DNA from: a bacterium
GTDB lineage: Bacteria > Actinomycetota > Acidimicrobiia > Acidimicrobiales > Ilumatobacteraceae
Reading direction: 5' to 3'
DNA length: 49,009 bases
Assembly: GCA_013205145.1 (NCBI GenBank)
Contig: JABMMV010000047.1
Coordinates: 1-49,009, forward strand
A program made the translations under genes and the position numbers. Positions 1 to 9,120 of the stretch are shown here, one piece after another. Within the stretch, counting starts at the first letter, position 1. The number at the start of each line of letters is the position of its first letter. The notes beneath the pieces are model-generated. The model did no database searches, was not told the origin of the DNA, and saw only the letters and a program-made list of their open reading frames with translations.

Positions 1-2070
1 GAGGTAGTCAGTGAAGCTCGGATTTTTTACAATTCCATTTTGAACAATAATTTCTTCCATAACCGCTAGTCCAAGACCCTGCGCAATGCCGCCTTCAATT
101 TGTCCGAGTAATGCAAGTGGGTTGAGCGAACGCCCTACATCTTGAGCGGTAGCAATTTGTACTACCTTCACTAATCCGAGTTCAATATCAACATCAACAA
201 CTGCCCGGTGAGCAACAAATGCGAAGGCGACGTGACAATTCCCTTGACCATTCTCATCAAGCTCCTCAGTCTTGCGGTGCTGATGCAGGAAGGTCTGAGT
301 GATCTTCACTCCCTTGCTTGCCTCACTCACGCTGATGCGTAGCGGCCCCATGGTGTCGACGATGTCGGTATCTTCGATGATTAATTGCAGTGGGTCTAGC
401 CCGTGCATATGAGCAACATGTTCAAAGAGTCGTTCCCGTACAAGCCGGCACGCTCCGTCGACGGCGCCACCGCTCATCCATGTTTGACGCGAAGCCGAAG
501 TTGAACCAGCGGAACCGATGTTTGTATCGATGCGGTCAAGAACCACTACGTCGACACCAAGGACGGTTCGTGCAATCTGTTGAGCGAGTACAACGAAACC
601 TTGCCCCACTTCTGCTGTCGCAAATTTAAGAGTGGCGACTCCGTCGGCAAGTGTGCAACGAGCCTCGGCGCTGTCGTCGAACCCTTCGCTGTACATCAAG
701 TTCTTAATGGAAACGCCCCAACCAATACCGCGTTTGATGTTGTGAAGTTCTGATGTACGGCCCGAACCCCCGGGGAATTCCATAGTTTCCGTGCTCTCGG
801 ACAATGGAGCGGGGAGGGGAAGTGCATCGGTTTCACGAATGCAACGAGCAACAGGCGCAACGCTTTCCACTGGTTGACCAGTGATAAGGGTGTCTCCCTT
901 TTCCATTGCGTTGAGAAGGCGCACTTCTACAGGCGACTTACCAACTGCTTTGGCAATTTTATCCATTTGACCTTCATGGGCAAAACATGCCTGTACAACA
1001 CCGAAGCCGCGCATTGCGCCGCATGGGGGGTTGTTGGTTCGCACCGCGTATCCGTCAAAAACGGCATTAGCACACTTGTATGGACCTTGAATGTGTGTGA
1101 CGCCATTGATGAGAACAGCTGATGATGTGGAAGCGTATGCGCCGCCATCGAGCTTCATTGTTCCTTCAATTTTTACAATGCGACCTTCATTGGTGACATG
1201 GTGCTTCAGTGAAATGACGCCCGGGTGACGGTGCACATGACCGAAGAAGCTCTCTTCACGCGTGTACTGCATTTTCACTGGCCGCCCCGTGCGTAAAGCT
1301 AAGAGGCATGTATGAACCTGGAGGCTGATGTCTTCGCGTGCACCAAAGGCTCCGCCTACGCCGCCAAGTTGCAGACGCACTTTTTCTTTAGGCATGGCGA
1401 GGCAATCGGCAATTTGTTTCTGATCTTCGTGCAACCACTGCGTTGCCACAACTAACTCGATGCCTGACCCGTCGGAGTCGGGGTAGGCAAGTGCCGCTTC
1501 AAGACCGAGGAAAGCCTGATCTTGCATTCCGATCTCATATTCACCTTCAACCACAATGTCGCCTGTGGCGTTGGCATCGCCGTGGAGAATGTGTTGATGT
1601 CTAAATACATTGCCATCTGGGTGGATACTTGGAGTTTTTGGGTTGAGTGCATCTTCAATAGATGTGAGTGGTTTCAAAACTTCGTAGTGAACGATGATTG
1701 CGTCTAATGCACGGCGACATGTTTCAGGGTGATCTGCGGCAACGGCTGCGATGGGTTCTCCCATATAACGCACGAATTCTGAAGCGAATACTGGTTGATC
1801 GGAAGCAATGAGGCCGTACGTGAGTTTTCCGGGCACATCACTAGCTAAGAGGACTGTCTCTACGCCGTCAATTTTTATCGCCTCGGAAATATCTATGGAA
1901 ATGATGCGGGCATATGGGTGTGGTGAACGCAAAGTGGCACCCCACAACATGTTGTCTGCTGTGTAGTCAGATGAAAAGGAGAAGGTTCCTTGCGTTTTCG
2001 CTATGCCGTCGGGTCGCAGTGCTGAAACGCCGAGTACTTCTCGCTGCTTGCTCGTTGTACGTGTACTCAC
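1..2070 (-). CDS. Xanthine dehydrogenase/aldehyde oxidase family molybdopterin-binding large subunit (3' end outside window)
   Basis: Absent from the ORF track because it runs off the window. Manual minus-strand translation from GTG 2070 (GTGA overlap with the upstream stop at 2067-2069) stays open to position 1, about 690 codons. It reads VSTRTTSKQREVLGVSALRPDG...QLGGVGGAFGARED (about 1331-1366)...GAMRGFGVVQA (about 1000-1020)...GGIAQGLGLAVMEEI...FTDYL. These are typical Mo-hydroxylase large-subunit motifs. Confidence 0.85.
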   Translation of the reverse strand, partial: MSTRTTSKQREVLGVSALRPDGIAKTQGTFSFSSDYTADNMLWGATLRSPHPYARIISIDISEAIKIDGVETVLLASDVPGKLTYGLIASDQPVFASEFVRYMGEPIAAVAADHPETCRRALDAIIVHYEVLKPLTSIEDALNPKTPSIHPDGNVFRHQHILHGDANATGDIVVEGEYEIGMQDQAFLGLEAALAYPDSDGSGIELVVATQWLHEDQKQIADCLAMPKEKVRLQLGGVGGAFGAREDISLQVHTCLLALRTGRPVKMQYTREESFFGHVHRHPGVISLKHHVTNEGRIVKIEGTMKLDGGAYASTSSAVLINGVTHIQGPYKCANAVFDGYAVRTNNPPCGAMRGFGVVQACFAHEGQMDKIAKAVGKSPVEVRLLNAMEKGDTLITGQPVESVAPVARCIRETDALPLPAPLSESTETMEFPGGSGRTSELHNIKRGIGWGVSIKNLMYSEGFDDSAEARCTLADGVATLKFATAEVGQGFVVLAQQIARTVLGVDVVVLDRIDTNIGSAGSTSASRQTWMSGGAVDGACRLVRERLFEHVAHMHGLDPLQLIIEDTDIVDTMGPLRISVSEASKGVKITQTFLHQHRKTEELDENGQGNCHVAFAFVAHRAVVDVDIELGLVKVVQIATAQDVGRSLNPLALLGQIEGGIAQGLGLAVMEEIIVQNGIVKNPSFTDYL

Positions 2071-2558
2071 GAGATGCTCTTTTCTCTTTGAGAAATAACG
2101 AGTTGTACCGCAGAAAAAATACGACCGTATCCGGTGCACCTACAGATATTCCCCGACAATGCTTCTTTCACTTCAATTTCCGTTGGAGATGAGTTGGTCT
2201 CTAAGAGGTGGTGCACTGCAACAATGAGGCCGGGCGTGCAGAAGCCGCATTGCACGGCACCTTCTGTAACAAATGCTTGTTGTATGTCGTTAGGGCTTTC
2301 GGCGGGGGCTAAGCCTTCAACGGTAATGATGTCGGTATCAATGGCACTTGCAGCCATCACTAAGCACGAACACACGGCATCGTTGTTGATGAGGACAGTG
2401 CAACTTCCGCATTCGCCCTGTTCACAGGCACCCTTGGAGCCCATGAAGCCGAGTCTCTCGCGCAAGACGTACAGCAGGCTCTCACCAATCCATGCGTCTT
2501 TGACGTGTTGTTGCGTTCCGTTAACACGTAGCGAATACATTTCTGAAGATGAACTCAC
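2067..2558 (-). CDS. [2Fe-2S]-binding small subunit of a molybdenum hydroxylase (CoxS/XdhC-iron-sulfur type)
   Basis: 163 aa. Plant-ferredoxin-like cluster motif CEQGECGSCTV and second cluster motif QCGFCTPG...CRCTGY. GTG start overlaps the upstream stop (GTGA at 2555-2558). Confidence 0.9.
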   Translation of the reverse strand: MSSSSEMYSLRVNGTQQHVKDAWIGESLLYVLRERLGFMGSKGACEQGECGSCTVLINNDAVCSCLVMAASAIDTDIITVEGLAPAESPNDIQQAFVTEGAVQCGFCTPGLIVAVHHLLETNSSPTEIEVKEALSGNICRCTGYGRIFSAVQLVISQREKSIS

Positions 2559-3397
2559 TTCATTGCTCGTTTCAATAGTCGTTGGGCAAGTACGCCAACG
2601 GCGTGTTTGCGATATTCGGCAGTTGATCTGTGGTCTGTTATGGGAAGTGCTTCTGATGCAGCTAAGCGACCAAATTCTTCAATGACCTTGGTGGTCAAGG
2701 CAGTACTTGTAGAAAGATCTGCGTTTTCTGTCAGCCACTTTTCTGCTGTGCGACACCGGATGATTGTTGGACCTACTGCACCGAGAGCGAGAGAAATATG
2801 GCTCTTGTCGGTGTTGTGAATTAAGCAAGCACTAGCAATAGAGATCACCATGGCGTTGCGCACACCTACTTTTGCATAGCCCTGAAAACCATTGATTTTG
2901 GGTATGTGGATTGCAGTAATGATTTCATTTGAAACCCGCGCATTGCGTTTGACGCCAAGCATGAAGTCGTGAATGCTCAGCATGCGAATGCCTTTGACGC
3001 TCGACAGTTCAATTTGTGCATCGAGAGCACTGAGCACAGGCAGTGTGTCGCCTGCAGGGGAGCAGGTTCCTAAGTTTCCGCCAATTGTTCCGGTGGCTCG
3101 AATTTGAGGTGAACCCACCGTGCGTGAAGCCTCGCTTAACGCCCCTGAAACATGTGAGAACGAACCATTTTCAAATTGTTTGTAAGGAATTGCTGACCCA
3201 AGGCGATATCCGGCGCTGAGAGTTTCAAACACTTGTAGTTCTTGCACATGGCGCAGTGAAATGATGTCGGTTGGCTCGAAGTGGCGAAAGTTAATTTCCA
3301 CCATGGTGTCTGTTCCGCCGGCAAGGAGACGAGCTGTGGGGTGTTCATCCAGTACTTGTAAAGCCTCTGTAAGCGACCTTGGTGAAAAAATGGTCAT
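2555..3397 (-). CDS. FAD-binding medium subunit of a molybdenum hydroxylase (CoxM/YgfM-like)
   Basis: FAD_binding_5-type sequence ([15 protein letters not shown]), CO-dehydrogenase-flavoprotein-like C-terminus. I chose ATG 3397 because it forms an ATGA overlap with the LLM stop at 3394-3396. The track start at 3409 is a TTG 4 codons upstream. Confidence 0.85.
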   Translation of the reverse strand: MTIFSPRSLTEALQVLDEHPTARLLAGGTDTMVEINFRHFEPTDIISLRHVQELQVFETLSAGYRLGSAIPYKQFENGSFSHVSGALSEASRTVGSPQIRATGTIGGNLGTCSPAGDTLPVLSALDAQIELSSVKGIRMLSIHDFMLGVKRNARVSNEIITAIHIPKINGFQGYAKVGVRNAMVISIASACLIHNTDKSHISLALGAVGPTIIRCRTAEKWLTENADLSTSTALTTKVIEEFGRLAASEALPITDHRSTAEYRKHAVGVLAQRLLKRAMK

Positions 3398-4398
3398 GGG
3401 ACTTCCCAACCCTCGAATGCGTCAATCATCGCCTTCACATCTCCGAGTGGATACAGAATTGGGGATGTGCAGCCATTGTCGATGTAATGCTTCACCTTAT
3501 TACGAGCATCATCCGGGGTTCCACTAGCCGTGAGCATTTCCACAATTTCATCGGGCACGAGTTTTGAGGCTTTTACAACTTGTTCGTGCGTTGCTGGCCA
3601 AGTGAGAACTTCACCAACCTTGTCGAGCAAGCTTTGCGGTACTCCAGAAGCCTTCATGATGTGGGGCTGTTGACCCAAGTACTGGGTCACCATTAACCGC
3701 GCCATGTCTAAAGCGGTTTGGCGATCTTCATGAACACTGCAGACCACCAGTTGTGGGCGGTCTATATCGTTCAGAGTGCGTCCAGCCTTGGCTGCGCCAT
3801 TTCCGAGAGCCTCCATTGCTTGCTTGTTGTAATCGGGAGACACGAGGTAATTCAATACAACTCCATCGCCAATTTCGCCGGTGAGCTCCATCATTTGCAT
3901 ACCGGTGGCACCGATGTAAATGGGTACATTTTTTGCACGGCGCTCTTGGTAGACGTAATCCAGTTCTACTCCGTCTAGTTGTACAAACTCCCCGTTGAAT
4001 GTGACTGTTTCATTGTTGAGAAGCGCCCTGACGGTAGTGACAATTTCGCGCATTGCTTTTAATGGTTTGTGTCGACTGATGCCGACCTTGGCTGCAAGGG
4101 GGTCCCACCATGCTCCGATGCCCAATATGACTCTTCCCGGAGCGAGGTCGTCCAAGGTGGAAAATGTTGCTGCAAGACGAGCAGGGTTGCGACTCCAACA
4201 ATCGACTACTCCGGAGCCTACTTTGATGCGACTCGTCACTGAGGCAAATGCGGCCATCGGAACAGTAGCTTCGCGAACGAGACGGCTTTCGGCTTGCCAC
4301 ACAGCATCGAAACCTTTTGACTCTGCGTATTGAGCAAATTCCATTCCTTCGCGGATGTGGTGCGCATCTTGCAGATAAAGAGCCATGGGTATTTTCAT
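3394..4398 (-). CDS. Luciferase-like monooxygenase (LLM) family oxidoreductase, F420- or flavin-dependent (Mer-like)
   Basis: 334 aa. TIM-barrel LLM pattern ([12 protein letters not shown]..., [23 protein letters not shown]), resembling LLM class F420-dependent oxidoreductases. The cofactor cannot be decided by eye. Confidence 0.75.
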   Translation of the reverse strand: MKIPMALYLQDAHHIREGMEFAQYAESKGFDAVWQAESRLVREATVPMAAFASVTSRIKVGSGVVDCWSRNPARLAATFSTLDDLAPGRVILGIGAWWDPLAAKVGISRHKPLKAMREIVTTVRALLNNETVTFNGEFVQLDGVELDYVYQERRAKNVPIYIGATGMQMMELTGEIGDGVVLNYLVSPDYNKQAMEALGNGAAKAGRTLNDIDRPQLVVCSVHEDRQTALDMARLMVTQYLGQQPHIMKASGVPQSLLDKVGEVLTWPATHEQVVKASKLVPDEIVEMLTASGTPDDARNKVKHYIDNGCTSPILYPLGDVKAMIDAFEGWEVP

Positions 4399-4420
4399 AG
4401 TTTTTCTTTCGTTGTTATAG

Positions 4421-5500
4421 CTATTCGGACATTGCTAAAGCGTGGTGCAAGCGTTGAGATTGTTCTTCGGCCTTGCGACGAACTTCTCCAAGATCAACTT
4501 TCGTGAGGCTTCCTTCAGAGAGCACATATTCGTTATTAATGCTGACATCTGTGACGTGCAACGAAGTGGTGTAGGCAATATGCCAGGAGCTATCCATGTG
4601 AGGGTAATTCCACGTGACAACATCATTTTGGGTTTCTGGCACTAGTTGCGAGCCATTGAAAAGCCAGCCCCAAGCAAGGTCGGGTGAGAAAGAGATGTCG
4701 TTGGCACGACCTGCAACAAACGCAAGTTGGAACTCGGACATCATGTTGCTGTCGATACCGTCTGAACCGAGTGCGATGCGGTTTTTCCACTGTGCTGGGC
4801 GAGCGTAACCAACTGCGTTGTTCATGTTGGAGCGTGGGTTATGAACAATTGTTCCGGCAATCGGTTCACGTAAATGCACCCCATGAACGATGAGCCAATT
4901 GTCTTTGGCGTATTTTTGCAAACGACTTTCAGCACCACGGTCGTCTGGCCCTTCTGCGACGTGAATGTGCACGCCGGTCTGAAACCGTTCAGATAGTTGA
5001 GAAGCAGTTTCGAGAGTTTCATCGGTGCAGGTGAAGGCTGCATGTACACCCACCATTGCAGGCTTACCCGTTGCGAGATAACGCTCTGTCTCGGCAAAAC
5101 CTAGGCGTGCGCCACGTGTGATGGGGGACGACGCCTTGACCTCTTGCAACCTCCCGTCATCATTCCATCTGTCGGTTACCCCGTAACACGGAATAACGCG
5201 AATACCAATGTCGGTACAAGCAGCATGGATGACGTCTAACGACCCCTCAATGCAGTTTGGAGATTCATGATGGTCGATGATTGCAGTGGTTCCTGATAAC
5301 AGGGCTTCTGCAGCGCCTAAAGCAGCCGACCAATAGATCATGTAGTGATCGAGAGCAGCGTCTAATTTCCACCATATATTTTCCAATACAGAAAGGAAAT
5401 TGTGGGGCGCAATTTTTGGTGCAGGCATACCGCGAGCTAGAGAGCTGTACAGGTGATGGTGCGCACACACAAGTCCTGGTGTGGTGTTCGCACTAGTCAT
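4421..5500 (-). CDS. SsnA-like amidohydrolase (metal-dependent hydrolase superfamily), lacking the N-terminal beta-sandwich segment
   Basis: HxH metal motif right at the N-terminus ([18 protein letters not shown]). SsnA-like signatures [12 protein letters not shown] and [13 protein letters not shown], plus GSDG. ATG 5500 sits inside ATGACTAG, overlapping the upstream stop. The longer track ORF (to 5650) overlaps the upstream gene and is not protein-like. Confidence 0.75.
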   Translation of the reverse strand: MTSANTTPGLVCAHHHLYSSLARGMPAPKIAPHNFLSVLENIWWKLDAALDHYMIYWSAALGAAEALLSGTTAIIDHHESPNCIEGSLDVIHAACTDIGIRVIPCYGVTDRWNDDGRLQEVKASSPITRGARLGFAETERYLATGKPAMVGVHAAFTCTDETLETASQLSERFQTGVHIHVAEGPDDRGAESRLQKYAKDNWLIVHGVHLREPIAGTIVHNPRSNMNNAVGYARPAQWKNRIALGSDGIDSNMMSEFQLAFVAGRANDISFSPDLAWGWLFNGSQLVPETQNDVVTWNYPHMDSSWHIAYTTSLHVTDVSINNEYVLSEGSLTKVDLGEVRRKAEEQSQRLHHALAMSE

Positions 5501-8123
5501 CGTCACGAGCCTTTGGCCGCATCGGCAATTCGTTGCGCCATATTCCGTCAACATTGCGCATTGCTTCTGCCACGGCACCAGCGGTTGGTACGAGGCCAAT
5601 TTCTCCGACACCTTTAATTCCATAAGGTGAATTAGGTTGCGGTGATTCAACCAATGTCACTTCTATGGGCGGAACATCTTTCGGACGCAAAATGCCAAGC
5701 GAACGTAATGTTGTGTTTGTTGGAAACGCAGTCTCAGGGTCGCTGGGGAATTGCTCGGACAGCGCGTATCCAAGGCCCATGTGAACGCTACCTTCAATTT
5801 GTCCTTCGCACAGCATGGGGTTCACTGCACGGCCTACGTCGTGAGCAGCAATGACACGCTCAATTGCCCCGGTGGTGCGGTCCATCACAACTACTTGTGC
5901 GGCGTATCCAAAAGTGGAGTGAATAATAGGGTTCTCCACTCCGGGTTCGCCCAACTTCGTTGTCCAGTCCACCCGGTACTCGCCAAGGTGGTCAACATCT
6001 ACAGCGCAATTGGCAACTCGTGCGGCTTCACAGGCAGCTTTCACAGCGCCGGCGCCCATCAGAGTGCCGCGCGAACCCGTGGTTTGTCCCTGGCCGAGTT
6101 CTCGCGTGGTGTCGACAATTACCTTGATGCGTAGCGGATCGATACCGAGTTCTTCAACTGCAACTTGTAGCGCAACGGTATGAATGCCTTGACCCATTTC
6201 TGTCCAACCGTGACGCACCTCAACGGTGCCGTCTGAACAAAAACGAACAACAGCTTTCGTTATTTCTTTGAAACCATTGCCGAGTCCAGAATTCTTCAAA
6301 CCCAAGCCAAGTCCGACAGCCTTGCCGTCGTGAATTGCTGCCTCGTACGCATCGCGCACTTCATCGAGACAAAGTTCTGCACCGAGGCACCCGTCGTCCA
6401 TGATTTGACCAGGACCCCACACCATTCCGGGCTTGATGACGTTTCTTTTCCGAATTTCCCAACCAGAGATGCCTATTTTTACGGCTAATCGATCGAGAAT
6501 TCCTTCCATGGCAAATTGCGCTTGATTCGCTCCGAAGCCGCGAAAGGCTCCACAAACAGGGTTGTTGGTGCGCGCAGCTACTGCCTCAACATCAATATTG
6601 GGAACGAAGTAGGGGCCACTGGCATGGCCTGCCATGCGTTCAAGTACCTTCATGCCAACGCTGGCATAGGCACCGCTGTCACCCAATGCTCGTACGCGAA
6701 GAGCAATAAGTTTCCCATTCTCGTCGCAGCCTGCCTCGTAGTCCATGTTGATGGGGTGACGCTTGGCGTGCATGCGAAAACTTTCTTCGCGGCTCAAAGT
6801 GCATTTCACGGGCGCATTAAGCAGCCATGCAGCCAAAGCAGCGTGAGCTTGGTTACTCATATCTTCTTTGCCACCAAACGCCCCACCGTTAGACACCAGT
6901 TCTACGGTGACGTTTTCATGAGCGATATTCAAGACACGAGCGATGTCGTTTCTGTCGTCCCAGACGCCTTGACCACCGGAGTACACGTGTAGCTTGCGAT
7001 TCTCTCCAGCGAGGCTGGGAACGGCAAGCGTGCTTTCAGGTTCGAGAAATGCGTGTTCTATACGTTGAGTAATGAAGGTCTCACGTACAACGTATGGTGC
7101 ATTTTTGAGCGATTGTTCGGTGTCGCCGCGGTGGTAAGTGCTCGTGCTCAAGATGTTGTTATTGGTTTTCCATACCGCAATTTCATTTGACGCTATAGCT
7201 ACAGCCGGATCTGTGATGGGTTGCATCACGTCATATTCCACATCAAGAAGTTCTGCTGCTATGCGAGCCTCTTCGCGTGTGTCAGCAACAATAATTGCTA
7301 ATACATCACCGGCATAGGAAGTGAGCCCGCCCACGGGAATCATGACGGGCCAGTCTTTATAAATAATGCCAACGTATGTTTCGCCGGGAATGTCACTTGC
7401 GGTAAATACTGCACGAACCCCAGAAGATGCAAGCGTTCGTTCGGTGTCGATATTTAAAACTTTTGCGCGGGCATGAGCAGTGAGATGCAACGCTGCATGC
7501 AGCAACCCGGGAACGCGAATGTCGTCTACATAACCGCGGTCTCCGAGAGCGAGCGATTCTCCCTCATACTTTGGCGCGTTACTGCCAACACCGCCAGATA
7601 TCAGAGGGTCTGGAACAGTGCCTTTGGCAACGCTTTCAATAGCATCGAGTACCTTGACGTATCCGGTGCATCGACAGAGGTGCGCACCCAGATGACGAGC
7701 CATATCTTCTCGTTTGAGGCCAGCACCCTTTTTATCTACCTGTGCTTTAGCCCGCACCACAATGCCGGGAATACAAAAACCACACTGCAATCCACCGCAT
7801 GCTGTGAATGCATCGGCATAAACTTTTCTCTCAGCATCGTCGATGCCTTCAAGGGTGACGATATTTGCATTGCGGACTTTCTCTACAGATTGTTGGCAAC
7901 TTACTATTGCTTTGCCGTCAATGAGCACGGTGCAACATCCGCATTGCCCAGAAGGGGAGCAGCCATCTTTTGCTGAGGTGACATTCAATTCTTCACGTAG
8001 TGCCGACAACAGATGCGGGTGGCGGGAACTGATTGTTACCTGAACGCCATTAACGGTGAGGGGCACACGGGAAGAGGAGTTCCAGTAGTTGGCCTCTGAG
8101 TGAGTGGATGGTGAAGATGTCAT
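5493..8123 (-). CDS. Fused [2Fe-2S] + molybdopterin-binding hydroxylase without FAD domain (XdhD / aldehyde oxidoreductase-like)
   Basis: N-terminal CSPSGQCGCCTV and QCGFCIPG...CRCTGY clusters, then Mo-pterin domains (EHAFLEPES, GGAFGGKED, FRGFGANQ, CEGQIEGS). ATG 8123 is preferred over the TTG at 8153 because AAGGGG lies 5 nt upstream. Confidence 0.85.
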   Translation of the reverse strand: MTSSPSTHSEANYWNSSSRVPLTVNGVQVTISSRHPHLLSALREELNVTSAKDGCSPSGQCGCCTVLIDGKAIVSCQQSVEKVRNANIVTLEGIDDAERKVYADAFTACGGLQCGFCIPGIVVRAKAQVDKKGAGLKREDMARHLGAHLCRCTGYVKVLDAIESVAKGTVPDPLISGGVGSNAPKYEGESLALGDRGYVDDIRVPGLLHAALHLTAHARAKVLNIDTERTLASSGVRAVFTASDIPGETYVGIIYKDWPVMIPVGGLTSYAGDVLAIIVADTREEARIAAELLDVEYDVMQPITDPAVAIASNEIAVWKTNNNILSTSTYHRGDTEQSLKNAPYVVRETFITQRIEHAFLEPESTLAVPSLAGENRKLHVYSGGQGVWDDRNDIARVLNIAHENVTVELVSNGGAFGGKEDMSNQAHAALAAWLLNAPVKCTLSREESFRMHAKRHPINMDYEAGCDENGKLIALRVRALGDSGAYASVGMKVLERMAGHASGPYFVPNIDVEAVAARTNNPVCGAFRGFGANQAQFAMEGILDRLAVKIGISGWEIRKRNVIKPGMVWGPGQIMDDGCLGAELCLDEVRDAYEAAIHDGKAVGLGLGLKNSGLGNGFKEITKAVVRFCSDGTVEVRHGWTEMGQGIHTVALQVAVEELGIDPLRIKVIVDTTRELGQGQTTGSRGTLMGAGAVKAACEAARVANCAVDVDHLGEYRVDWTTKLGEPGVENPIIHSTFGYAAQVVVMDRTTGAIERVIAAHDVGRAVNPMLCEGQIEGSVHMGLGYALSEQFPSDPETAFPTNTTLRSLGILRPKDVPPIEVTLVESPQPNSPYGIKGVGEIGLVPTAGAVAEAMRNVDGIWRNELPMRPKARDDD

Positions 8124-8193
8124 GCTTGCCCCTTGATCTTTACATTTTGTCAAAGGATGAGAGAAAGCGGTAGTTCATTTCGTTTCGGGAGCG

Positions 8194-9120
8194 TTAATCC
8201 TCGAAAATGACCCCTTTTTGGGCGGTTATTGACCCATAAACGTCGGGGCGACGGTATTTGCCGAAATTGAAGAGGGTCTCTTTGTATTTGCTGCACCAAT
8301 CGAGGTCACAGCGGGCCATCACCAACTCATCGTCGGTGGTGTAGGCCTGCGCCACAATTTGACCCGAAGGAGCAACAATACAGGTTTGTCCAAGGGAGTC
8401 GACGCCCTCTTCGGTACCGCCTTTGGCAACACCAACAACCCATGTACCGTTTTGGTACGCGCCGGATTGCATGACGAGTGCGTTGTGGAATCCTTGCAAA
8501 ATATCTTGGCTTGGGTCGGGTACGTAATGGATGGGCGTGTTGTAACCACACAGAATCATTTCAACACCCTTGAGACCCATGACTCTGTATGACTCTGGCC
8601 AACGTCGGTCGTTGCAGATCATCATTCCCATTCGTGCACCAAAAGCTTTCCATACACCAAAGCCTTCTGGCCCAGGTTCAAAGTAGTACCGCTCGGCATG
8701 TTGAAAGGGTCGGTCGGGTTCGTTGTGTTCGTGACCTGGTATGTGTACCTTGTGATATTTCGCTACAACGGATCCGTCTTTCTCCACCAATATTTGCGTA
8801 TTGAATCGGTGACCATCGGGAGTCAATTCTGCATAACCAAGGGAAAAACCAATAGAGAGTCGGCGTGCTTCATCGAAGAGTGGTTGTGTTTCTGGTGACG
8901 GCATTGATGTCTCGTACCAATGGTCGGCCTCGGTGATGTCGTCAACAAACCATCGAGGGAAAAAAGTGGTGAGAGCTAATTCGGGGAAGACCACAAGATC
9001 GCAACCATGCGTGCTTGCTTGGCGCAAGAGTGCAATGAGGCGATCAACGACCGAGGCCCGGGTGTCTTCTTTTTGTATGGGTCCAAGCTGTGCAGCTCCG
9101 ACCGTAATAATTCTGCTCAT
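8194..9120 (-). CDS. Carbon-nitrogen hydrolase family, N-carbamoyl-D-amino-acid hydrolase-like
   Basis: 308 aa. The N-terminus and length closely follow D-carbamoylases (VGAAQLGPI..., VVFPELALTTFFPRWF, YHKVHIPG, MMICNDRRWPE). The Glu-Lys-Cys catalytic triad is present. ATGA overlap with the upstream gene. Confidence 0.8.
   Translation of the reverse strand: MSRIITVGAAQLGPIQKEDTRASVVDRLIALLRQASTHGCDLVVFPELALTTFFPRWFVDDITEADHWYETSMPSPETQPLFDEARRLSIGFSLGYAELTPDGHRFNTQILVEKDGSVVAKYHKVHIPGHEHNEPDRPFQHAERYYFEPGPEGFGVWKAFGARMGMMICNDRRWPESYRVMGLKGVEMILCGYNTPIHYVPDPSQDILQGFHNALVMQSGAYQNGTWVVGVAKGGTEEGVDSLGQTCIVAPSGQIVAQAYTTDDELVMARCDLDWCSKYKETLFNFGKYRRPDVYGSITAQKGVIFED

Noticed and set aside
2134-2685. 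Long antisense ORFs opposite well-supported genes: 2134-2685, 5751-6134, 6516-6992, 7473-7976, 12216-12611, 27524-27976, 31117-31536, 34107-34541, 44003-44416 and 45091-45594.
   Set aside because: Their translations are low-complexity and Arg/Ser/Pro/Cys-rich with no motifs. Each lies entirely inside a gene with strong family signatures on the other strand. They are typical shadow ORFs.
1-3397. CoxM/S/L-type trio read as aerobic carbon-monoxide dehydrogenase.
   Set aside because: The loop that carries VAYRCSFR (form I) or AYRGAGR (form II) in CO dehydrogenases reads GAMRGFGVVQA here (about 1000-1020). That is the generic xanthine/aldehyde-hydroxylase version. No coxD/E/F-like genes are visible.
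5501-5650. N-terminal extensions given by the longest-ORF rule: 4421-5650, 11150-12043, 13390-14163, 18443-19063, 19477-19533, 21307-22110, 31785-31892, 35237-35509, 39523-39573, 44537-44680 and 45960-46055.
   Set aside because: The extensions overlap the neighbouring gene and have junk-like composition. Conserved family N-termini, SD sequences, ATGA/GTGA coupling or TANNNT-N6 geometry support the downstream starts instead.
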